From a virus, in IMG/VR virus record IMGVR_UViG_3300023184_000039, positions 32,001 through 96,000 of that record: a stretch of DNA of 64,000 nt; one strand, given 5' to 3'. A program made the translations under genes and the position numbers. Positions 48,501 to 57,258 of this stretch are shown in pieces. Each line of letters begins with the position of its first letter. Position 1 is the first letter of the stretch. Under the pieces are notes generated by a model that had not been told where the DNA came from, did not search any database, and worked only from the letters and a program-made list of their open reading frames with translations.

Positions 48501-49673
48501 CAAGAATTAATAGATGGCTATTCAGATGACGATGTTTCCAGTGCCCTTGATAATGCCGCACTTGACCTCCACGAAGGATTTGACCGTCGCGTTCGTGTCA
48601 GAATGGGTGACGATGGCTTGAACTCACTGTTGTCTGGAAATACAGTTGCTGCCCCAAAACTAACAGGCTCTCGAGCGATGATGCAAAGGAGATTCTTGGC
48701 ATCAAACGGAATCACCGAAGATGCAAAACCAGACACACATCCAGTTCGTGGATATGTAGCGCATGACGTGCACGAGGATAAAGTTTCTGAGTTACTCAAG
48801 ATGCAAGGAATTGTCACTGGTGATGCTCCAATAGAGTTTGATTCATCCAACCACCCCTATGGCTCCGTTGGTGCCGATGGGGATATAGAGGTATTGTTGC
48901 GACCAGAAGTTTCTGGAAGAACTGCGTACTCGCTTGGCAGAGGTATTGATAATGACAAAAAACCAGTGTGGATGAATTCCGATGATATGTCAGCCATATC
49001 GGAAGCATTGCTTCCAGTAGCAGAAAACAGAAAAGACAACACTGCTGGTATTTCAAATGCACTAACAGCACATCTTGATAATGACCTAAGTGCAATGAAT
49101 AACATGAAGGTCGTAAAACCAAATGCCAAGAAACCTTCCTACCAGGAAGAGATGGCAGATGCCAATTTCTCTGGTGGACAACCATACGGGGCGCACATTT
49201 TGGGTGGTTTTAATAGGGATGATGTTGCAGAAATTAGACACCCTTGGAGCAAAATTGAGAAGTCGTCAACAGATGTTGATATTAGTGATGTTGCTCAAAA
49301 AGAACCAATTTCGGAAAAATTAACTCGTCTTGGTTACTCGGAAGAAGAGATTAATTACTTCTACTCACTCAATGGTCGGAATGGAACAAGTGGGATAAAT
49401 ACTTCTGCCATGAAGCAATTGCGAAATTATAGAAAAAGCCAGACCGTAAAAAGCGACTACGAAAAAATGGGTGTTCCGAGTGTTTCTTTCCCACAGAAGC
49501 ATGGGCTTGACATGCACTCCCCTAGTTCTTATTCCACCAACCCATCTGACCGAGGGAAAACAGTGGAGGCAGTACTGTCAAAACGCATTGAGCAAGAAAT
49601 GGATGCCGAACTTGATGCAACAATGAAAAAGATACAAAAAGCAAGAGCTGAAATGGTTGGGGTTGGTTCGTGA
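45543..49673 (+). CDS. large head-cluster multidomain protein (zincin HExxH, degenerate ART-like and DUF3626-like regions)
   Basis: 1376 aa; HELNH at 47079 with downstream ELLAE; HPVRGYV...YG...LRPEVSGRTAYSLG...AHILGG pattern. Confidence 0.55.
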   Translation: MKGKKIKSTRFILSFKALGHSQERIEEITHDFLDGVRLSTKAISRGDEILVKGISVGKTIGGTGDVPKKQENELPGVTNINGWKFEKAAKYAPGKKLQLFPTQQQRNSPSKKPNFGWIDDDTQTFGSPEELVNDLLAKPKVEKKIYNVDKDGNPTSVFWEEDKKEIEEKSLGRSIREMNPRGGLAQQAASRLRIVVDDLGKFRCPPGTPQANQFTDKLGTTCFAVSVDELVGLVEGAIQKFQMTPSGPKFGNVLESLSSRGTQGTGRMGESRRLAEGASRWFSGAVKRVATRHNKIDANVKHLEDTLGIGSTDLERATNADLTKIFHTLKSNGHWDIEYRGGISDKKLQPLLDQMGLSLQDYRKTERAFLSRLLMEYSENPELAKRVARIYHVGVGTYRNNSGLEAATDLLLPPVGAKDVRRGMEDAIDAKFEIMLDVGQMTGEATRFKGPEVVSKKHRWGLTVSGGATEEERQAALLDYVNKQNDFSNRASHFVMFASKDKHVGKGSNTASHELNHVRQAMAVLHKAQESDKLKGKKLSEMTSGDLWDVLVDLNDDIDMRDWEKVRKNKGLIDVLGGDYPREYDERRNDVGTLELLAEVGALHDSGVISGQEIEDFLDVHSAWQRQDSSVKRDVSRKKTMQATRKRVSQPSRNSEGVLDVPVFPESDGATRRRPPRRSGKTFFDSDGTKKYAEEHRKWVLSKLTESEQKAIERLGRPEYEDRDIVKITRLSSVEDSIKRMERRHRELVDVGLEPDGLSVHEASVSQQLERTLIPTLTALDKSDLPDRIQIVIPSGEKWDQYGHAGAMLMPESVSSHNILDNEMAIEPGMVILDTSPGTRGIFHAEKNGGSVILPPSKIRLTHLDADNVWHAEIVDQESSMDTINRLEGLLPTKANDKRNDKLIAREVDSIRQVIDTHRSNAATSNSGILGDGLSHPVLASRIRKNNTDVVNSILDSGGKPFDGPEQIGSDLPDWLKKQLFDKSKFQELIDGYSDDDVSSALDNAALDLHEGFDRRVRVRMGDDGLNSLLSGNTVAAPKLTGSRAMMQRRFLASNGITEDAKPDTHPVRGYVAHDVHEDKVSELLKMQGIVTGDAPIEFDSSNHPYGSVGADGDIEVLLRPEVSGRTAYSLGRGIDNDKKPVWMNSDDMSAISEALLPVAENRKDNTAGISNALTAHLDNDLSAMNNMKVVKPNAKKPSYQEEMADANFSGGQPYGAHILGGFNRDDVAEIRHPWSKIEKSSTDVDISDVAQKEPISEKLTRLGYSEEEINYFYSLNGRNGTSGINTSAMKQLRNYRKSQTVKSDYEKMGVPSVSFPQKHGLDMHSPSSYSTNPSDRGKTVEAVLSKRIEQEMDAELDATMKKIQKARAEMVGVGS

Positions 49674-50077
49674 ACGGTGTTCTTGTTGCCAAATCTGGGG
49701 GAAGTTCTGTCTACTTTATTGTTGACCAAAATATAGGTAGAGATGAGACTGGTGCTGTTATTGGGTCGGATGGGATTGTTTATTCTGTTCCATTCTGGGA
49801 CTGGGTTAATTCAAAACACGACCTTACCGAGTTGAAGGGGAGCGAATTCCTTCAATTGCTTTGGGGGGAACCGTCTGCCAAAGATGAGAAACTATGGCTT
49901 GATATTTTTGTCAATGGGGCAGTTCCAATAACACAAGACATACTCGGTGACACTGAAATCATGCCACTACAGGGAAAAAATGTGAAACAAAAACCCAAAG
50001 AAATCCTAAAGAAGCAGCGTGATACTATTAATATTCAAACGAAAATAGCCAAATTAATACTGAGCATAGGAGAATAG
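49670..50077 (+). CDS. hypothetical protein
   Basis: 135 aa; GTGA overlap with the upstream gene. Confidence 0.6.
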   Translation: MNGVLVAKSGGSSVYFIVDQNIGRDETGAVIGSDGIVYSVPFWDWVNSKHDLTELKGSEFLQLLWGEPSAKDEKLWLDIFVNGAVPITQDILGDTEIMPLQGKNVKQKPKEILKKQRDTINIQTKIAKLILSIGE

Positions 50078-50080
50078 ATT

Positions 50081-50722
50081 ATGTCTGAATACGAGGTAAA
50101 ACTTGACCCATTGGGCGGGTTGCTCCCACAGGAACTAATTAGCGGCGATGTATTGCACGGACATGGCCCACGTCGAGGAAACCTTGAGAGACTTCTTCGT
50201 TACTGGAGACCAATTATGAGAAAGGAGGGTGGTTTCCGTCGCTGTCGAGTCATCCTTGCTAATCACCCCGAACTTTATCCATTGGAAAGAATCTGTGCAT
50301 GGCTTCACCATGAAACAACTGGGCTATGGCCGAATGAGGGTTGTCATCATCCAGGCATGAAAAATTGCAGGGGCAAATTACGCAAGCACAACCTATCTGG
50401 TGCCGCACTTGCTAGAGCACTAACACCAGGAAACAAAAAGAAATCACTACTTGATTCTGATGTTTTTTTTGCTGAATGGTTGGGCGATAGCTACGAGGAT
50501 ACACCAATGGTTACTGTTTCTGACTTCATGCATGCAACAGATGTTCTTGCAGAATTTATGGAAATGGAATCCGAATTTATTAAGGAATTACGCAATTACG
50601 AAAATTGGGAGATGGACGGAGAAACGATTGATGGGGTAAAAGTTAAGTCGCTTCCCTACGAATCGCAATACGACCTTGATTGCTGTGGTGGATTAGATTT
50701 ACTTGGCGGGAGATATGAGTAA
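50081..50722 (+). CDS. hypothetical head-cluster protein
   Basis: AGGAG RBS; RLLRYW...GGFRRC...CAWLHHETTGLWP motif, which I recall from actinophage head-region proteins. Confidence 0.6.
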   Translation: MSEYEVKLDPLGGLLPQELISGDVLHGHGPRRGNLERLLRYWRPIMRKEGGFRRCRVILANHPELYPLERICAWLHHETTGLWPNEGCHHPGMKNCRGKLRKHNLSGAALARALTPGNKKKSLLDSDVFFAEWLGDSYEDTPMVTVSDFMHATDVLAEFMEMESEFIKELRNYENWEMDGETIDGVKVKSLPYESQYDLDCCGGLDLLGGRYE

Positions 50723-52703
50723 AGACAACAGAAAAGCACTAACTAGAACCAGAATCATTCTAGGGAAAGCAGACCACAATACCCCCAACAATATTCTTCG
50801 TTTATATGCTCCCAATAAAAAAGAAATTATGCAATTTAAAGCCATATCTTTAGTCACCGGGTACAGCAGAAAGAATAGAAATGAGTATCAGAAAAAAGTT
50901 CTAGGACAGACATTGCTGACTCGTGCAATACCAGGAGATTCGGATAGGTTTCGTTCCCCAATTCGTTCTGCTGCATGGCGTGCCGCGACTCCCGGAAAGC
51001 CTGGTGTTGGTGGCTCGCTACCAGGAGAGAATCGGGCCAGCAGATGCCCTGAGGGATATCAGTACGGGGGTCGTTTTACAAATTCCCAACTATCAACATG
51101 TGGTGCAAAATTGTTTGATATCCCAAGCGCTATTGGTCTAAGTATTTCTGCCCTTAAGAAAATAGGAAGAAGTTTAACGACAAAACCGCAGGTAGCAAAA
51201 CCATTAACACCAGGCGAGTATGGGGAAATACAACAGGGGAGACAGCCAGTTATTCTGATTCCCAAGGTTGCTGGTGTGAGTCGTGCTGTTCGTACTGCTA
51301 AAGCGGCATCGCTGGTTACCGAAATGGGAAATTCAAATGGCAGATTTACAAGAATGGTTCGCAGGGATGGATTTACTCTACAGCCAGTTGTCCCTGCTTC
51401 GGTACTAAGAACCATTCCCGACAACAGGGACATGGAAGGCGCTCACTATATTCAATCGGTAATGGGGCAATCAGAAATGGGTGGAGAAGAACTTGGTCTT
51501 TTGTCAAACACGGGAATACAAAAATTAACATATGTTTTGCCTGGTGGTTCAAATATCTCCCTTGAAAAAGTTAGAGAGTTGACAGTTGGTGAAAGAAGAA
51601 AGCTTGGAAGAACGGTTAATACGGCAAACTCAATTTCAATAGCAAATGACCCAGCAGCACGACTGAAGTATGTTGCCAATGAAACTGGTGACGGCATGGG
51701 TTATACGGAAAATTTTGTCAACATCAGAAATCCTCACCAAATTGTTGGGGATGGCGCAAAGACACGCGAGAAATGGGTTAATGAGGTTTTTGGTGTAAGG
51801 GGAAATCGCCGAATGAAGCCAATGAACTCATCAAATATGTCAACACGTGAAACGGCATCAAATGCTCAATCTGGACAAAAGATAACATCAATTGATGCCG
51901 CAATGAATCACCTAAATGAAGGTGGGACGCTATCCGACATAAGTCCAAAACTCCTTGCACAGATTCTTTCCGAGGGCGCATTTTCAAAAGAGAACAAAAT
52001 AAGCGCATCTTCGTCCATTGTTGAATTAGGAAACAGAAAATATATCTATAACAAGAAACCAGGAAAATTTGAGGCGATTTCAGAACGGTTCTCTGAAGAT
52101 ATGCAACAATTTCTTGGCTTGGAATCACCAGACATTTACCTTGTTGGGAACGGCGATAATCGCAAGTACCTGAGAGAGGATGTGGAGAGTGCACTGATTG
52201 GGGCACGAATACAGAGAGATGCAACATGGTCATCCTTTGCTCCAGGCGATATTGCCAAGTTGCTTGTGGCCGACCTTGTAACTGACCAGCGAGTAAGGAC
52301 TCCGGATTCTGTCGTTGCAATGAAGATTGGTGACAGAACAGTACCAATGGCATCAATGAATATCTCTGGGTCGCTCATGGATTTGGATAAAATAGAAATT
52401 TCCAAACGTCAAAAATTGGTCATAGATAAACTTCTTTCGTCAACCCTAATGACTGAATACTCTCGTTATTATCAGCAACTAAAAATTAACGATAGAGTGC
52501 TGATGAGAAAGCAAATCTCCACACTTCTTGCACGCGCCAAAAAATTCAATACAGAACAATACCGTCAACGCCTATTCGCCGATGGTCTTAGCGAAGGTGA
52601 AAAAATCCATGTAAATATGTTGGCAAAACTATTTGAAGCCAGAATAAACACGCTTGAAAGAAGCGGTCAACTTATTAAAAAGTATCTTGAGGGTGCACAA
52701 TAA
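50715..52703 (+). CDS. head-cluster protein with C-terminal degenerate HipA/PI3K-like kinase fold
   Basis: ATG 50715 after GGGAG; SERFSEDMQQFLGLESP...LLVADLVTDQRVRTPDSV resembles the E...LGL..P...D.L..N.DR..N pattern. Confidence 0.5.
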   Translation: MSKDNRKALTRTRIILGKADHNTPNNILRLYAPNKKEIMQFKAISLVTGYSRKNRNEYQKKVLGQTLLTRAIPGDSDRFRSPIRSAAWRAATPGKPGVGGSLPGENRASRCPEGYQYGGRFTNSQLSTCGAKLFDIPSAIGLSISALKKIGRSLTTKPQVAKPLTPGEYGEIQQGRQPVILIPKVAGVSRAVRTAKAASLVTEMGNSNGRFTRMVRRDGFTLQPVVPASVLRTIPDNRDMEGAHYIQSVMGQSEMGGEELGLLSNTGIQKLTYVLPGGSNISLEKVRELTVGERRKLGRTVNTANSISIANDPAARLKYVANETGDGMGYTENFVNIRNPHQIVGDGAKTREKWVNEVFGVRGNRRMKPMNSSNMSTRETASNAQSGQKITSIDAAMNHLNEGGTLSDISPKLLAQILSEGAFSKENKISASSSIVELGNRKYIYNKKPGKFEAISERFSEDMQQFLGLESPDIYLVGNGDNRKYLREDVESALIGARIQRDATWSSFAPGDIAKLLVADLVTDQRVRTPDSVVAMKIGDRTVPMASMNISGSLMDLDKIEISKRQKLVIDKLLSSTLMTEYSRYYQQLKINDRVLMRKQISTLLARAKKFNTEQYRQRLFADGLSEGEKIHVNMLAKLFEARINTLERSGQLIKKYLEGAQ

Positions 52704-53551
52704 TGAAGTATTCAGTTGTCTATGATGTTGTGAGAAACGAACCCTATGCCGTCATCATTGATGTCAAAGGCAAGAAAATTGCATACGGAATCAATGCCCA
52801 TTCAAAATCATGGGCGATGAACGTGAATGCCTATTCAAATAAAGATATACCCCTCCCAATTGGGATGAATTTCAGTAAATCAATATTACTAAATAGTGAA
52901 ATGCAAAAACAATTTACCGAAGCCTTTGGCGAGATGCCACAGCAGAGCAGACGACTCTCAAGACGTGTCAAAATGTTATTGCGAGAAGAATCAGAAATAC
53001 CACAACCCACCGAATTTATTTTTGGAGTTAGTCCAGACAATCTGAACAGAAAGTCTCGTGACAAGAAACAAAACCGTGGTAAGGCTACGGAAAGAAAGGT
53101 TTATCCGATTCTTGCAGCAAAACAAAAACAACTCTTTCACAATGCCTATCTAAAAAAAGCCATCGGATTTGATTCAATTCAAGAAGAAAAATCCGTTACT
53201 TCAATTGAGACCAAATCGGCCAAGCCAATCAGGAACCCAAAGGGTGGACTGACTGCTGCTGGTAGGGCACATTTCAAACGCACAGAGGGTGCGAACTTGA
53301 AACCAGGTGTTAAGGGTGCCGCTGATACACCAGAAAAGATGAGAAGAAAGGGTTCTTTCCTTACCCGTTTTTTCACCAATCCATCTGGACCAATGCAGGA
53401 CGAAAAAGGAAATCCAACACGACTTGCCCTAAGTGCAAATGCATGGGGTGAACCAGTTCCCAAGAATGCATCTGATGCTGCGCGCTTGGCAGAAAAGGGA
53501 CGCAATCTTCTAAAAAGATACGAAAATTCAAAAAAGAAATCAAAAGACTAG
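52703..53551 (+). CDS. hypothetical protein with C-terminal DUF6321-like domain
   Basis: NPKGGLTAAGRAHFKR.EGANLKP...RRKGSFLTRF...PTRLALSANAWG. Confidence 0.6.
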   Translation: MKYSVVYDVVRNEPYAVIIDVKGKKIAYGINAHSKSWAMNVNAYSNKDIPLPIGMNFSKSILLNSEMQKQFTEAFGEMPQQSRRLSRRVKMLLREESEIPQPTEFIFGVSPDNLNRKSRDKKQNRGKATERKVYPILAAKQKQLFHNAYLKKAIGFDSIQEEKSVTSIETKSAKPIRNPKGGLTAAGRAHFKRTEGANLKPGVKGAADTPEKMRRKGSFLTRFFTNPSGPMQDEKGNPTRLALSANAWGEPVPKNASDAARLAEKGRNLLKRYENSKKKSKD

Positions 53552-53558
53552 GTAAATT

Positions 53559-54197
53559 ATGAAAAAAGAAACAGAAGAACAGGCATATGCACTGAGAATG
53601 GCAATCCAACTTGGGTGTGCTGGTGCCCATAAGGGTCCAGATGGCAAATGGATGCCGTGTAAAGACATGTCCGAAATGGAGCGACTGTCAAATGCCGCCG
53701 AGGAATCGTCATGGACTAATGACAACTCAATTTCTTCCCTAAGACGCAGGGAGCAAAGTGCGAGACTTTACGGGAAATCGGCTCTCATGGAATCAATTGA
53801 AAAAGGGAAAAAGCGCAAACCAAAAAAGAAGGGATGGGAAAAACTTACCGAGAAACCACTTCCCGTTGGGGGCATTGGAACACTCCCCAGTGGGGGCTTG
53901 TATGGCATGACATCAAAGGGTTTGGCTGTACCCATCTCGGCGCCACGTGATGCCGACCCAGATGTTTTTTCTGACCCTGATTCGGCACGGATGCGAGCCA
54001 GACAACTTGACTGCATCGGCATAAGTCGAAGGGTTTCAAGGAGCGGGAAAACGATATGGACACCCTGCACCAATATGAGCGACTATGCAAGGTCTGCCGG
54101 AACAACGGCATTGGGCAAAAAAAACAAGAAAGAAAAAGAGCGCAGGGTGGTCAGAACAATCGTTAATGAGGAACTAAAAAAACGTACAAAACGGTAG
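53559..54197 (+). CDS. hypothetical protein with two DUF3721-like Cys motifs
   Basis: AIQLGCAGAHKGPDGKWMPC and ARQLDCIGISRR...IWTPC. Confidence 0.6.
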   Translation: MKKETEEQAYALRMAIQLGCAGAHKGPDGKWMPCKDMSEMERLSNAAEESSWTNDNSISSLRRREQSARLYGKSALMESIEKGKKRKPKKKGWEKLTEKPLPVGGIGTLPSGGLYGMTSKGLAVPISAPRDADPDVFSDPDSARMRARQLDCIGISRRVSRSGKTIWTPCTNMSDYARSAGTTALGKKNKKEKERRVVRTIVNEELKKRTKR

Positions 54198-54205
54198 TTT
54201 GCATT

Positions 54206-54240
54206 AGTTCCCCTGCGAATGGCAAATCATCTGCTATTTT
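54206..54240 (+). promoter_or_regulatory. candidate late promoter AGTTCCCCT-N20-TATTTT
   Basis: Upstream of the major capsid gene; same spacing as the other copies. Confidence 0.62.
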
Positions 54241-54313
54241 TGATATACATCGGTTGGGTGCTTACCTGAGCTGACTCTAATAACCAACATTCCAACAACT
54301 AAGGAAAAATATC

Positions 54314-55615
54314 ATGGCACAGGAAAATTTGAAGGAGCTCCAAGGAGCACTTCGTCAAAAAATGGCAGACAATAAGTCAATCGCCGACTCGTTCAAGGTC
54401 GAAGAGGGCACAGTTGTCATTAACCAAAAGCAGAAGTCAGCTTTTGATGCAAACATGAAAGACATCAAAGAACTCAAGGGTTTGATTGATGGCATGGAAG
54501 CAATGGAGCAAGTTCAGCAGTGGGGCGCACAAGCATCAGACACATCTGTTGCAGCAGCCGCAGCCGCTGGTTACTCAATCCCTAAGCAACAACTTGAATC
54601 AATCGGCGAGTCATTCTTGGCTTCAGCTGAATTCAAGGCTCTTGCTGGTGGTCGTAACGGCGCAAACATGCCAGCACCATTCCAGTACAACGGAAGATTT
54701 GATACCCCTGGTGGTTACAGCCAAAAGGACGCTTACACAGCAATGCCAAGCGGCTTTCCAACACAGTTCGGTTCAGTTCAACGTGACCCAATCGTTATCC
54801 CACCACGTCGCACAAAGCGAGTTCGTGACCTATTCCCAGTTCGTACGACCACATCGGCAATCATTGAGTATTTCCGCATGACTGGTTTCACCAACAACGC
54901 AGGCATGGTTCCAGAGCGCAACGGCGATACATTTGCCGCGAAGCCACAATCAAGCATGACGTTTGAAGGTGTTCAGACATCGACACGGACAATGGCACAC
55001 TGGGAAGCAGCACACAGAAATGTTCTTGCTGACGAACCACAGTTGCGTTCAATCATTGACAACGAGTTGATGTACGGTCTTCGTCTCCAAGAGGATTACC
55101 AAATCCTTAACGGTGACGGCAGTGGAGAAAACCTTCAGGGCATTTTGACCACTCCTGGCATTCAGACCTACAACTGGTCAATGGGTGCAACCTTGCCAGT
55201 CAAGGACACCAAGGCCGATGCAATCCGTCGTGCTGCAACCCTCTCCTTCTTGGCTTACTACGAGCCATCTGGTGTTGTCTTGCATCCAAACGATTGGGAA
55301 GACATCGAAATGACCAAGGACAGCAACGGTCAGTACCTGATTGCAGTTTCGGTTGCATTGGGTGGAGAACCAAAGGTATGGCGCTTGCCAATCGTTGAGA
55401 CTCCAGCAATGACTGAAGGAGTTGCTCTTATCGGTTCATTCGGTCAGGGTGCACAAATCTACGACCGTGAGCAGGCCAGCATTCGCATTAGCGAACAACA
55501 TGCTGACTTCTTCATTCGCAACGCAATCGTCATCTTGGCCGAGCAACGTCTCGCCCTTGCTGTCAAGCGTCCAGAGTCGTTTGTGAAACTAACCTTCAAT
55601 AACGCACCTGCTTGA
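54314..55615 (+). CDS. major capsid protein (HK97 fold, with delta domain)
   Basis: AAGGA RBS; RVRDLF, V.E...KPQS, QILNGDGSGENLQGIL, VLHPNDW and FIRNAIVILAEQRLALAV.RPESFV motifs; coiled-coil N-terminus. Confidence 0.95.
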   Translation: MAQENLKELQGALRQKMADNKSIADSFKVEEGTVVINQKQKSAFDANMKDIKELKGLIDGMEAMEQVQQWGAQASDTSVAAAAAAGYSIPKQQLESIGESFLASAEFKALAGGRNGANMPAPFQYNGRFDTPGGYSQKDAYTAMPSGFPTQFGSVQRDPIVIPPRRTKRVRDLFPVRTTTSAIIEYFRMTGFTNNAGMVPERNGDTFAAKPQSSMTFEGVQTSTRTMAHWEAAHRNVLADEPQLRSIIDNELMYGLRLQEDYQILNGDGSGENLQGILTTPGIQTYNWSMGATLPVKDTKADAIRRAATLSFLAYYEPSGVVLHPNDWEDIEMTKDSNGQYLIAVSVALGGEPKVWRLPIVETPAMTEGVALIGSFGQGAQIYDREQASIRISEQHADFFIRNAIVILAEQRLALAVKRPESFVKLTFNNAPA

Positions 55616-55633
55616 TAATTAGATAACAGGTTA

Positions 55634-55678
55634 CAAAACCCCCGTGTCACACGTTGTGGCATGGGGGTTTTGTTGTTT
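55634..55678 (+). terminator. rho-independent terminator
   Basis: CAAAACCCCCGTGTCACA-cgt-TGTGGCATGGGGGTTTTG stem followed by TTGTTT, directly after the capsid gene. Confidence 0.85.
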
Positions 55679-55740
55679 ACCCACTTCCTCCATTCTCAAC
55701 TTAGATGTGGGAGACTGTAGTTACCTAAAAAGGAACAAAT

Positions 55741-56397
55741 ATGACCGACACAAACTTATTCAACGAACTCATGCAACTTCAATCACGGTTGGGCAATATC
55801 AACCAATCCGAAGGTGAATCGGAAAGCCAATATGACGATGACGAAGGGGGCGACGATGATGGCGATGTGCTTGAGGAACAACAAGACATTACCGATTTGG
55901 TCGGCGCACTGGGTGTATTCCTAGCAAATACCTATTCCGTGTACCACGAAGCCCATGGATTTCACTGGAATGTAAAAGGTCCAGATTTTGCTCAATACCA
56001 TGCTCTTTTTTCTGGAATATACGAAGACCTTATTGAATCAGTTGATGCCATTGCAGAAAATATTTTGAAACTTGGTTACGACTCCCCCTTTAGAATGTCA
56101 GACATGATGGCGATGACGACAATCCCAGAATCAGAAAATTATGATGATGACGAAGAAGAAGACACACCGCTTGATATGGCTGTTGACCTTCTTGCAAGTG
56201 TGTCCGCGCTAGAAGGCGAAGCAAAAGAATTGTTTGAACTTGCAAACGATGCGGACGAGCAGGGTGTTGCAAACTTTGTGGCCGAAAGAATTGATGCATT
56301 GCAAAAGACAATGTGGCAACTGAGAGCTTCTGCGAACATGCAAAAACCAGCAATGATTAAGAAGAAGATAGTCAGGATTTCCCTTGGCAACGAATGA
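55741..56397 (+). CDS. dps: Dps-family ferritin-like protein with acidic N-terminal extension
   Basis: HGFHWNVKGPDFAQYHALF...D.IAE.I..LG ferroxidase signature; C-terminal K..WQL. Confidence 0.9.
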   Translation: MTDTNLFNELMQLQSRLGNINQSEGESESQYDDDEGGDDDGDVLEEQQDITDLVGALGVFLANTYSVYHEAHGFHWNVKGPDFAQYHALFSGIYEDLIESVDAIAENILKLGYDSPFRMSDMMAMTTIPESENYDDDEEEDTPLDMAVDLLASVSALEGEAKELFELANDADEQGVANFVAERIDALQKTMWQLRASANMQKPAMIKKKIVRISLGNE

Positions 56398-56803
56398 AAG
56401 ATTCTGGTACGGAGCAACTCTCCTGAAGGTAATTGATGGTGACACCATTGAACTAATGATTGACTTGGGTTTCAACATCCACCACAAAATACGAGTTCGT
56501 CTGTATGGAGTAAACACTCCAGAATCAAGAACAAAAGACCTTGCAGAAAAAGAGATGGGTCTTAAGGCAAAGCATTACACCGAAGAATGGTTAACCAACC
56601 ACCAGTGGGTTTATGTAAACACAATCCCAGACAAGAACGATAAATACGGTCGCATCCTTGCCAGAATTTTTAGTTCAGACCAAACCGACGACCCAACCAC
56701 TGCATGTCTCAATAAGGACATAATTCAGGCTGGGTATGCACGGGAATACTTCGGCATTGGCGACAAGACATGGGCAGAGTTCAAACACGAGGATACAAAA
56801 TGA
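56384..56803 (+). CDS. thermonuclease (SNase family)
   Basis: KVIDGDTI...RVRLYGVNTPE...DKYGRILA...GYAREY. Confidence 0.9.
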   Translation: MATNERFWYGATLLKVIDGDTIELMIDLGFNIHHKIRVRLYGVNTPESRTKDLAEKEMGLKAKHYTEEWLTNHQWVYVNTIPDKNDKYGRILARIFSSDQTDDPTTACLNKDIIQAGYAREYFGIGDKTWAEFKHEDTK

Positions 56804-57252
56804 CGACATTGGGTAATTATCAGGGAAGAATAACCGGCATATACGTGCAAACAAAAGCCGATGAAGAAAACTGTCCTCCAGCGACTCAGGACATCGGACT
56901 AAACATTAAGAATCGACAGAAGGCAATTGACACAGCGGCTTACGGCCCACTAAACCCAAATGAACCAAATGATGATTTTTGGAAGAAAAAAGGTGACAGA
57001 TGGAATGTAAGTATTGATGAAGCAAAAAAGCAAAGATGTGGGAACTGTATTATGTTTGTTCGCTCACCAAGGATGATTGCATGTATCGAAGGTGCATTGG
57101 GTAATGAGACAGGGAATACCGCTATGGACATAGTTGATGCCGGTCAACTTGGGTATTGCGAAGCTTTTGATTTTAAGTGCGCAGCTAAAAGAACGTGTGA
57201 TGCTTGGGTCGTAGGTGGACCAACCACGACAGATGGCAAGGAAAAGTCTTAA
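56800..57252 (+). CDS. Cys-rich hypothetical protein
   Basis: ATG 56800 overlaps the SNase stop; CPPATQD..LN..NR, RCGNC and YCEAFDFKCAAKRTCDAW motifs. Confidence 0.65.
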   Translation: MTTLGNYQGRITGIYVQTKADEENCPPATQDIGLNIKNRQKAIDTAAYGPLNPNEPNDDFWKKKGDRWNVSIDEAKKQRCGNCIMFVRSPRMIACIEGALGNETGNTAMDIVDAGQLGYCEAFDFKCAAKRTCDAWVVGGPTTTDGKEKS

Positions 57253-57258
57253 TAGGTA

